From: Vulcanimicrobiaceae bacterium
GTDB lineage: Bacteria; Vulcanimicrobiota; Vulcanimicrobiia; Vulcanimicrobiales; Vulcanimicrobiaceae
Assembly: GCA_050010375.1 (NCBI GenBank)
Contig: JBEKLD010000004.1
Location: 2,187-66,186 of the forward strand
DNA: 64,000 bases
Direction of reading: 5' to 3'
The notes beneath the pieces were generated by a model, which did not search any database, had not been told where the DNA came from, and worked only from the letters and a program-made list of their open reading frames with translations. The position numbers and the translations under genes are program-made. Numbering within the stretch: position 1 is the first letter of the stretch; each line of letters opens with the position of its first letter. Below, piece by piece: positions 40,512 through 48,563 of the stretch.

Positions 40512-42872
40512 TTACGGTGGGCTTGGGTCCCCGAGCGCGACGGCCATGGCGCGGTAGACGTTGAGCCGCCCGCAGCCTTGGTTCGGATCGTTGATGCTGT
40601 CAGCGGTCTGGCAGAGCAGTTGGCGCATTGCGGTCGGCGACTGGTACGGCGAGCTCAAGCCACCCGTCGCGGAGAGGATCAGCGCCACGGCGCCGGCGAC
40701 GTGCGGCGTCGCCATCGACGTCCCTGCGATCAACGTTCGGCAGTCGACAGGCGAAGTGACACCGGACGAATTCGGATAATCATCCGTGCACTCGCCCTCG
40801 AAGTTCTGGTCGGTCGGCGAGGACATATAGGGGGTTGTCGTCCAGATGTTCTCGATCCAGTGCAGGTCGTCTTCATCCATATCGCTCGACGGGTCGCCGC
40901 CCGGCGCCACGATGCCCCACGCTGCCGCGCTATTCAGCGTGTCGTTGGTCCCGTAGTCGCTGTACGACGCCACGTACTCGACCGGCGCCGTCGGGGTGCC
41001 TAGCGTGTTGCCCGTCCCGTTCGGGTTACTCGAACCGTCGGCCAGCGACGTCGCACCGACCGCGAGCACGCCCGTGTCGCATGCCGGCGCCTCGGTCGGG
41101 GGGCCGTAGGAGTTGCCGGCGGCCGCGACGACGACGACATTGTGAGCGATCGCTTCAGCGACGGCTGCTCCCTCAGTCGGATCGTCGTCCACTCCGTTCG
41201 AGCACGAGCCACCACCCAGGCTCATGCTGATGACGTTGACGTCCTGGCTCACCGCGTCGTCGATCGCCGAGGCGATGTCGACCGTCGATGCGTCGCACTG
41301 GTCGTCGGCGCCCGTGTCGCTCACGCACGTGTCGTCCGGTGTCGGGAAGACCCGGTATCCGTAGATCACCGTATTTCCGCCGGCGCCCGTGAAGCCGAAG
41401 CTATTGTTCGTGTCGGCCGCCGCGATCCCCGAGACATCGGTCCCGTGACCCATAGGGTCGGTTTCGAAGTCCGATGACGACTGGAACGTACCGGCGACAT
41501 TGCTGATGAAGCATTTCTGATAGGCGATCTTCGAGGCCAGCTCGGGATGGTTCGGATCTTCGCCCGTGTCGATGACGGCAATCTTCACCGTTGCCGAACC
41601 GAGCGCGTTGGCGTTCGTGATTCCGCTTCCGTTGCCCGATTGGGAATACTCGAAGGCGTACCCGAGCTTGATGGCGTGCATGTCCCACTGACCGGGGACA
41701 CCGGCGCTTTCGGCATACGGCAGGACTTCGAACGTCGATGCGTTCGGGTTACCGGCGGTTGTGTTCTGCGCCGAGGTGAACCCAGCGAAGTATGGGTCAC
41801 TCGTCCAGTACGGCGCGGTGACGGTCGTGGTCCGGCGACGTGCGCCTGTCGGGGCGACGCTGAGGACGCCCGGCTGCGCGCGCAGCGACGCCTCGACGGT
41901 TGCGACGCGACCGGTGGGGACCGCCAAGATGTGCATGACGTGTCCCAGGTGCGAGAACGTCAACTCGCGCACGAGGCTCGCGCCGGTCGCGCTCTCGCGC
42001 TGGGCGATCGAGGTCGCGCCGCGCTGCACGGTCGACGTGGCATACGTCACGGCCAGCAGATTGCTCGCCGATGCCGGGGTCCCGCGGTCGCGCGAGCGTA
42101 CGAAGCGACGTGGCCCCTCGCCGCGCGACATGACCCCACGTCCGACCGCGAGCGTCTGGTCGTTCGTCGGGCAGATGTACGCCGCGGCATTCGGCGTTGC
42201 AGTCGGGGTCGGGCTCGGCACCGGCGACGGTGTTGGGAGCAGCGAGGTCACGGTGAAGAACAACAGCACGTAGGTCTTGCCGCCGATCAGCGTCGGCCCC
42301 GGCGTGCCGCCGGTGAACGTCAGCGTGCCCCCTGAGACGCTCGCGGGGCCTTCGATCGTCGTCCAGCCGTTGTTCGGCTGCGTCGGATCGTAGAGCGCGA
42401 TATAGGCATAGGGTCCGAGCGACGCCGCCACCGATGCCGGCACGACCAGCGTGAACGACGGGTACGACGCGAACGTCACGGTCGCCGCCGGCGTCACCGA
42501 GAGGAAGGCCATCGCACTGATGTTGCTCCCGCCGATGTTCGCCGGGCGACGGCGCAGGTTCTGGATCGTCGGCGTACTCCCGGGCTGCGTCGCTGCGAAC
42601 GTCGCGGTCAGATTCGTCGCGACGCTGCCCTGCGGGATCGTCGCGGTTCCGGTGTAGCCCGCCCCGATCGGCCCGAAGGAACCGATCTCGCTACCGGTCG
42701 TCGAGACCGGGATCACCACCGTGTTGCCCGGCGTCGGCGTCGCCGTCGGAGTCGAGGCCGGCGGCGTGCTCGAGCCGCCCCCGCCACCCCCACCGCCACA
42801 GGCGGCGAGCGTCACGGCCACCGCGAGCAGACTGGAGAGCAGGCGCGAGGAGCGAGAAATCACGAGCAGCAC
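40512..42872 (-). CDS. S8 subtilisin-family serine peptidase lipoprotein (long paralog)
   Basis: Lipobox LAAC; triad IAVIDTG / GHGTDVSG / AGTSMATPHVAG; AAAGN oxyanion. Confidence 0.9.
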   Translation of the reverse strand: MLLVISRSSRLLSSLLAVAVTLAACGGGGGGGGSSTPPASTPTATPTPGNTVVIPVSTTGSEIGSFGPIGAGYTGTATIPQGSVATNLTATFAATQPGSTPTIQNLRRRPANIGGSNISAMAFLSVTPAATVTFASYPSFTLVVPASVAASLGPYAYIALYDPTQPNNGWTTIEGPASVSGGTLTFTGGTPGPTLIGGKTYVLLFFTVTSLLPTPSPVPSPTPTATPNAAAYICPTNDQTLAVGRGVMSRGEGPRRFVRSRDRGTPASASNLLAVTYATSTVQRGATSIAQRESATGASLVRELTFSHLGHVMHILAVPTGRVATVEASLRAQPGVLSVAPTGARRRTTTVTAPYWTSDPYFAGFTSAQNTTAGNPNASTFEVLPYAESAGVPGQWDMHAIKLGYAFEYSQSGNGSGITNANALGSATVKIAVIDTGEDPNHPELASKIAYQKCFISNVAGTFQSSSDFETDPMGHGTDVSGIAAADTNNSFGFTGAGGNTVIYGYRVFPTPDDTCVSDTGADDQCDASTVDIASAIDDAVSQDVNVISMSLGGGSCSNGVDDDPTEGAAVAEAIAHNVVVVAAAGNSYGPPTEAPACDTGVLAVGATSLADGSSNPNGTGNTLGTPTAPVEYVASYSDYGTNDTLNSAAAWGIVAPGGDPSSDMDEDDLHWIENIWTTTPYMSSPTDQNFEGECTDDYPNSSGVTSPVDCRTLIAGTSMATPHVAGAVALILSATGGLSSPYQSPTAMRQLLCQTADSINDPNQGCGRLNVYRAMAVALGDPSPP

Positions 42873-42905
42873 CCTTCGGTTACACAGAGGATTGAAGGAA
42901 GCTTT

Positions 42906-42938
42906 CGCCCGACCGCGCGATCTCCTCGCGGCCGGGCG
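42906..42938 (-). terminator. Stem-loop between the two S8 genes
   Basis: CGCCCGACCGCG (42906-42917) / CGCGGCCGGGCG (42927-42938), 12-bp stem with one G-U pair on the minus strand. Confidence 0.45.
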
Positions 42939-42958
42939 TGCTCGTGGGCGCTACGCGG

Positions 42959-44773
42959 TTACGGCGGGGTCGGATCGTGCAAGGCGACGGCCATCGCGTG
43001 GTACACATTCACCCGCCCGCAGCCTTGGTTCGGGTCGCTGAGGTCGTCGGCCGTATCGCAGAGCAGCGTTCGCATCGCGGTCGGCGACTGGTAGGGCGAA
43101 CTCAATCCGCCCGTCGCCGAGAGGATCAACGCGGCCACGCCGGCGACGTGAGGCGTCGCCATCGACGTCCCCGCGATCAGCGTCCGGCAATCGATCGTCG
43201 AGCTGCCGCCACCGTAGTCGGCGGCGCACTCGCCTTCGAAGTTCTCGTCGCTGGCCGAGGACATATACGGCGTCGTCGTCCAGATGTTCTCGATCCAGTG
43301 CCAGTCATCGTTATCCGCATCGCTGGACGGATCGCCGCCCGGCGCCACGATGCCCCACGACGAGGGATTGTTCAGCGTGTCGTTGGTTCCGTAGTCGGTG
43401 TACGAGGCGACGTACTCGACCGGCGCACCTGCGGCGCCCAGGGCGTTGCCCGTCCCGTTGGGGTTGCCGGAGCCATCGGCCAGCGACGTCGCACCGACCG
43501 CCAGCACGCCGGTATCGCAGCCGGGCGCCTCGGTCGGCGGGCCGTAGGAGTTGCCCGCGGCCGCAACGACCACGATATTGGCGGCGACCGCCTCAGCGAC
43601 GGCGGCCCCCTCCGTTGGATCGTCGTCGACCCCGGCGTTGCACGAACCGCCGCCGAGGCTCATCGTGATCACGTTGACGTGCTGGGTCACCGCGTCGTCG
43701 ATCGCCGAGGCGATGTCGGTCGTCGACGCATCGCACTGGTCGTCGGCGGTGGAATCGCTGACGCAGGTGTCGTCCGGCGTCGGATAGACGCGGTATCCGT
43801 AGATCACCACGTTCCCGCCGGCGCCGGTGAAGCCGAGCGCGTTGTTCGTGTCGGCCGCCGCGATGCCCGCGACGTCCGTGCCGTGTCCGTCCGGATCGGT
43901 CTCGAAGTCCGAGGTCGACTGCGGATACGGCGAGTTCGGACCGCTGATGAAGCACTTCTGGTAGGCGATCTTCGAGCTGAGCTCGGGATGGTTCGGGTCC
44001 TCGCCGGTATCGATGACCGCGATCTTCACCGACGACAAGCCGACCGCACCGGCGTTCCCAACTCCACTCCCGTTGACCGTCCCTGAGGTCGATGCGTAGG
44101 AGAAGGCGTACTCCAATTGGATCGCGTGCATATCCCACTGACCGGGGACGTTGGCGCTCTCGGCGTACGGCGGTGTTTTGTAGGTCGTCGGGTACGCGGT
44201 CCCTTGTTCGGCAAGGTTCTGCGCCGAGGTGAAGCCGTCGAAGTACGGATCCGTCGTCCAGGTCGGCGCCTGGACCGAGGTCGGCCGGCGCCGCGCGCCC
44301 GTCGGCGCAACGCTCACGACGCCGGGCTGCTGCTTGAGTGCCGCCTCCACGGTCGCGACCTGCGCCGGCGGGACCGAGACGACGTGGATCACTTTGTTCG
44401 TGTGCGTGAACGTCAGCTCGCGCACGAGGCTGGCGCCGGCTGCCGTCTCGCGTTGCGCGATCGACGTCGCGCTGCGCTGCACGGTCGCGCTCGCATAGGT
44501 TACCGCAAGCAGTCCGCTCGTGGCCGTCGAGGCCAACCGCGTGCGCGAGCGGACCGCCTTGCGCGTCGCGTCGCCGGCCACGCGCGCGCCGCTGCGCCCG
44601 ACCGCGAGCGTAGAATCGTTGGTCGGACACGTATAGGCGGCCGTGCTCGCGCTCGTCGGTGTCGGCGAGGGCGTCGGCGTCGTCGGAACGGCTTTGCTGC
44701 CACCGCCACCGCAACCGGCGAGCAGGCTCGTAGTTGCGGACAGGGCGACGAGAGCACGAACGAATCGGGACAC
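42959..44773 (-). CDS. S8 subtilisin-family serine peptidase lipoprotein (short paralog)
   Basis: GGAGG SD + GTG, lipobox LAGC; IAVIDTG / GHGTDVAG / AGTSMATPHVAG. Confidence 0.9.
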   Translation of the reverse strand: MSRFVRALVALSATTSLLAGCGGGGSKAVPTTPTPSPTPTSASTAAYTCPTNDSTLAVGRSGARVAGDATRKAVRSRTRLASTATSGLLAVTYASATVQRSATSIAQRETAAGASLVRELTFTHTNKVIHVVSVPPAQVATVEAALKQQPGVVSVAPTGARRRPTSVQAPTWTTDPYFDGFTSAQNLAEQGTAYPTTYKTPPYAESANVPGQWDMHAIQLEYAFSYASTSGTVNGSGVGNAGAVGLSSVKIAVIDTGEDPNHPELSSKIAYQKCFISGPNSPYPQSTSDFETDPDGHGTDVAGIAAADTNNALGFTGAGGNVVIYGYRVYPTPDDTCVSDSTADDQCDASTTDIASAIDDAVTQHVNVITMSLGGGSCNAGVDDDPTEGAAVAEAVAANIVVVAAAGNSYGPPTEAPGCDTGVLAVGATSLADGSGNPNGTGNALGAAGAPVEYVASYTDYGTNDTLNNPSSWGIVAPGGDPSSDADNDDWHWIENIWTTTPYMSSASDENFEGECAADYGGGSSTIDCRTLIAGTSMATPHVAGVAALILSATGGLSSPYQSPTAMRTLLCDTADDLSDPNQGCGRVNVYHAMAVALHDPTPP

Positions 44774-44936
44774 GGGCGACCTCCGGGGCTGACGCGAAAG
44801 CGGCGCGACTCGGTCGTGACGACCGTGTTCGCGCTGCACGACCCTGCGGAAGGGCCGACTAGAATCCTTATGTACTTATCGGACGGAACATAATCCCGGC
44901 TGAGAAGATGAGAGGAGGCTGAGAATTTACTGTGCG

Positions 44937-46238
44937 TCAGCGTCCAGTTGCGAGGGCGCTCGGTGCGTCCGTCGGCGAGCCATCGCCTGCATCGTGGTCG
45001 ACCCGCCGCCACAGCAGGGCCAGCGCCGTCATCGTCGCGCGGTCGCGGATGTCGGTGCGCGTGCCGGGGTACGTCACCCGGCGCGTCTCGACCGCGCCGT
45101 CCGGGCCGGCCAGCGCGAACCAGATCAGGCCGACGGGCTTCTCCGGCGTCCCGCCGTCGGGACCGGCGATCCCGGTCGTCGAGACCGCGAGATCGACCCC
45201 CAGCCGCGCGCGCGCACCGGTCGCCATCGCGACGGCCGTCTCCTCGCTTACTGCCCCGAACCGTGCAAGCGTTTCGGGCGGCACGTCGAGCCAGCCCGTC
45301 TTGACGTCGTTCGCGTACGCGACGATGCCGCCACGAAACGTCGCGGACGCGCCGGGGACGGTGACGATCGCGTCGGCGACCGCACCGCCGGTGCACGATT
45401 CGGCGGTGCCGAGCGTCCAGCCGCGCTCGCGCAGCCGCGCGACGATCGCGCCGGGCAGCGTCGCCTCGTTCTCGCCGTAGAACGCGCTGCCGATGCGGCG
45501 GCGCAATTCTTCGACGATCGGGGCGATCATCGCCTCGGCCTGCGCGCGGCTCGACGCCTTCGCCATCACCTTCACGTCGACACGGAAGCCGTGCGCGAGC
45601 ATCGCGATCTTCGGGTTCTCGAGCGTGCGGAAGAGATCTTCGATGCGGCGATCCAGCTCCGACTCACCGACCCCGACCGTGTGCAGCGTGCGCGTGTAGA
45701 TCGCCTCGCGCAGGGCGAAGCGCTCGACCAGCCACGGGATCAGCTTCTCGGCGAGCATCGGGCGCATCTCGCGCGGCACGCCCGGCATGCAGGCGACGAA
45801 CTTCCCGTCCTCGCGCAGCGCGATGAAGCCGGGCGCCGTGCCGTGCGGGTTGTCCATCACGACGCTGCCCTCGGGCAGGTACGCCTGGCGGCGGTTGTTC
45901 TCGGCCATCGGCCGCCCGAAGCGCTCGAAGATCCGCTCCATCGCGCGCAGCGACGGCTCGTGCAACACCAGCGGCTTGCCGACGATACGCGCCACCGCAT
46001 CCTTGGTGAGATCGTCGACGGTCGGTCCCAACCCGCCCGTCGTGATCGCTCCATCGGCACGCTCGAGCACACCGCGCAGCATCGCCTCGAGCCGCTCCGC
46101 ATTGTCACCGACGGAGTGCTTCGCATACACGTCGACGCCGTGATCCGCCAGCGCCGCCGCGACGTGCGCGCCGTTGGTATCGATCAGCTGACCGAGCAGA
46201 ATCTCGGTCCCGATCGTCACGATCTCAGCGGATGCCAT
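44937..46238 (-). CDS. cinA: CinA (MoCF-like domain + NMN deamidase PncC domain)
   Basis: EIVTIGTEILLGQLIDTN, GGLGPTVDDLT, PGVPREM, GTAESCTGG, STTGIAGP.GG. Confidence 0.93.
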   Translation of the reverse strand: MASAEIVTIGTEILLGQLIDTNGAHVAAALADHGVDVYAKHSVGDNAERLEAMLRGVLERADGAITTGGLGPTVDDLTKDAVARIVGKPLVLHEPSLRAMERIFERFGRPMAENNRRQAYLPEGSVVMDNPHGTAPGFIALREDGKFVACMPGVPREMRPMLAEKLIPWLVERFALREAIYTRTLHTVGVGESELDRRIEDLFRTLENPKIAMLAHGFRVDVKVMAKASSRAQAEAMIAPIVEELRRRIGSAFYGENEATLPGAIVARLRERGWTLGTAESCTGGAVADAIVTVPGASATFRGGIVAYANDVKTGWLDVPPETLARFGAVSEETAVAMATGARARLGVDLAVSTTGIAGPDGGTPEKPVGLIWFALAGPDGAVETRRVTYPGTRTDIRDRATMTALALLWRRVDHDAGDGSPTDAPSALATGR

Positions 46239-46828
46239 GTCGTCTCTTCTTCTTCGAACCAGGTCGGATAGCGGACGGCGATGTCGAGGTCGAAGCCGTC
46301 GGCGGCGGCGATCATCGCGGCGCGACGGGCGACGGGGTCGTCGCGCAGGCGGTCGCGGTTCTCGCGCTTCTGCGTCGCGAGCCGGTCGACGAAGCGCACG
46401 AACCGCGCGTCGAGCGCGCGTTGCAAGGCAGCCTTGATGGCCTTGCCGAGGCGCGGTGCGACGCCGCCGGTCGAGATGCCGATCTTCACCGGCCCGGCGC
46501 GCACGATCGCCTGCATCGCGACGAAGCCGTAGCGCGGCTGGTCGAGCGTGCAGAGCAGGAAGCGGTGCCGGTCGGCAAGCGCGCGCAGCCGCGCCGAGAG
46601 GGCGGCGTCCTGCGGCGTCGAGATCACGAAGAAGGCGCCGGCGACGTCTTCGTCCCGCAGCGCCGCGGGGTCGGTTATCCAGCGGACCTCGGCGTCGACC
46701 TCGCGCAGCGCGGCGGCCTTCTCAACCGCCTCGCGGTCGTCGGCCGGCCCGATCACGACGCAGGGCCGTCCGACCAGGTTGAGGCTGACCGGATAGAAGC
46801 CGTGCGGCGGCAGCGGGTCGTCGGCCAT
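46217..46828 (-). CDS. Precorrin-2 dehydrogenase/sirohydrochlorin ferrochelatase-like (SirC/Met8, CysG N-terminal)
   Basis: FYPVSLNLVGRPCVVIG, D......F..A....G..KIGISTGGVAPRL. Confidence 0.72.
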   Translation of the reverse strand: MADDPLPPHGFYPVSLNLVGRPCVVIGPADDREAVEKAAALREVDAEVRWITDPAALRDEDVAGAFFVISTPQDAALSARLRALADRHRFLLCTLDQPRYGFVAMQAIVRAGPVKIGISTGGVAPRLGKAIKAALQRALDARFVRFVDRLATQKRENRDRLRDDPVARRAAMIAAADGFDLDIAVRYPTWFEEEETTWHPLRS

Positions 46829-47676
46829 CAGAAGTCGACCGGGCGCAGGTAGAACTCGTTGATCGCGGTCGACGAGACGAGCGCCGTCGTCGGCAGGTGG
46901 CGCTTCCAGTGCGTCGCGTCGACCCGGCGGCGCACCAGCTGCACCTCTTCGAGCGAGAGGCCGCGCGCGACGATCGCTTCGTCCTTGAAGCCCAACAAGA
47001 TCATGTTGAGGATGCGGTCGGCCTTGGCGTAGGTGATGCCGAGGTCACCCTCGTCGGTTTGGTTCGCCTCGAGGTCGGCGCTGGGCGCCTTGTCGACGAC
47101 TTCTTGCGGGACGCCGAGATAGCGCGCCAGCGCCCAGACCTGGGTCTTGAACAGATCGCCGATCGGGTTGAGCGGCGGCGTGTCGTCGGCGTGCCAGGTG
47201 AAGTAGCCCATCAGCCGTTCCGTCTTGTTCCCGGTCCCGACCGGCAGCGCGCCGCGCCGCGCCGACTGGTCGAACAGCGCGAGCATCCGCATCCGCGCCA
47301 TCACGTTCCCCTTGCGGCGCGCGTCGGCGTCGGGCGCAAAGCGCAGGTACCCGTCGACGGCGTCGCTGATCTCGATCGTCTCGCCGTGGATCCCCAGCGC
47401 GTCGATCACCCGCTGCGCGTCGCGCAGCGAGTCGGCGCTCGAGGTGCGGTACGGCATCCGGATCGCGTAGACGTGCTCGGGGCCGAGCGCGCGCGCGCAC
47501 AGGTACGCGACCAGTGCGCTGTCGATCCCGCCGGAGAGCCCGATGACGGCCCGGTCGACGCCGCGCCGCTCGCACATCTCGTCGCGCAGGAAGGCGACCA
47601 GCCACTCCGCCGTCAGCGCGGGATCGATCGCCAGCGACGGCTCTTCGGGGCGCGCCTCGATGACCGGGAAGATCAC
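46828..47676 (-). CDS. nadE: NAD+ synthetase, synthetase subunit
   Basis: IGLSGGIDSA, GNVMARMRM, GTGNKTE..MGYFT..AD, PIGDLFKTQV, KAPSADL..NQTDE. Confidence 0.92.
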   Translation of the reverse strand: MIFPVIEARPEEPSLAIDPALTAEWLVAFLRDEMCERRGVDRAVIGLSGGIDSALVAYLCARALGPEHVYAIRMPYRTSSADSLRDAQRVIDALGIHGETIEISDAVDGYLRFAPDADARRKGNVMARMRMLALFDQSARRGALPVGTGNKTERLMGYFTWHADDTPPLNPIGDLFKTQVWALARYLGVPQEVVDKAPSADLEANQTDEGDLGITYAKADRILNMILLGFKDEAIVARGLSLEEVQLVRRRVDATHWKRHLPTTALVSSTAINEFYLRPVDF

Positions 47677-48563
47677 ACGCGCTCCTCGAGCCGGCGCACG
47701 ACGGGGATCTCCTCGTCGAGCCACAGGTCGGGCAGCACCGCCGCCAGATCGCCAAGGAGCGGCAGCGTCGCGCGGGCCAGGTCGACCTCGTCGGGATCGA
47801 GCGAGATGCGCACGACGTGCGCGCCGAGCGCCGGTGCGGTCGCGATCAGCTCGCCGCGCGGCGAGAAGGCGCAGGTCCCGCCCGACATCCCCTTGCCGCC
47901 CTCGAAGCCGGTCAGCGCGGCGTACAGCACGTAGACGCCATGCTCGCTCGCCATCGACGAGAGGATCGCCTTCCAGCGCGCGTTGCTCTCCAGCTCGCCG
48001 ACGGCGCCCAAACCGCGACCCGGCGAGGCGCTCGGGACGATGATCAGCCGCGCACCCTTGAGCGCGGCGACCGTCCCGGTGAGCGAATGCCACGCGTCCT
48101 CGCAGATCAAGACCGACGTGCAGCCGAAGATGCTCTCGTAGGTCCCGAGGCGCCGCCCGCGCGTCAGGAAGCGCTCCTCGTCGAAGACGCCGTAGGTCGG
48201 CAGGAACATCTTGCGGTGCACGTGCTGAATTCGCGCGCCACCGGGTTCGCCGCATCGGACGGAGAGCGCGGCGTTGTGAAACGTCCCGAGCGCGTTCTCG
48301 TAGAAACCGAGCACGACGTCGACCGCACCCGGCGCACCGCTCGCGCGCCAGAGCGCATCGATGCGCGCCGCCAGCACGTCGGCCTCGAACGCCAGCTCGT
48401 AGACCGCTCCTTCGAGGAAGTAGCCGGTCAGCGCGGCCTCGGGGAAGACGATCAGCGCCGGCGGATCGGCGGCGAGCTGCGCGAAGACCTCGGCGACCGT
48501 CGCGAGGTTCGCTTCGACCTCGCCCTTGCGCGGCTTGAACTGAACCAGCGCCGCCTTGATCAT
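47673..48563 (-). CDS. Nitrilase-family C-N hydrolase; glutaminase subunit of a split NAD synthetase
   Basis: FPEAALTGY (Glu), HRKMFLPTYGVFDE.R (Lys), ICEDAW (Cys), PSASP; GTGA-coupled to nadE. Confidence 0.85.
   Translation of the reverse strand: MIKAALVQFKPRKGEVEANLATVAEVFAQLAADPPALIVFPEAALTGYFLEGAVYELAFEADVLAARIDALWRASGAPGAVDVVLGFYENALGTFHNAALSVRCGEPGGARIQHVHRKMFLPTYGVFDEERFLTRGRRLGTYESIFGCTSVLICEDAWHSLTGTVAALKGARLIIVPSASPGRGLGAVGELESNARWKAILSSMASEHGVYVLYAALTGFEGGKGMSGGTCAFSPRGELIATAPALGAHVVRISLDPDEVDLARATLPLLGDLAAVLPDLWLDEEIPVVRRLEERV

Noticed and set aside
44785-44800. GGGCTGACGCGAAAGC resembling part of a c-di-GMP-I riboswitch
   Set aside because: It is antisense to the downstream gene and the rest of the consensus is missing.
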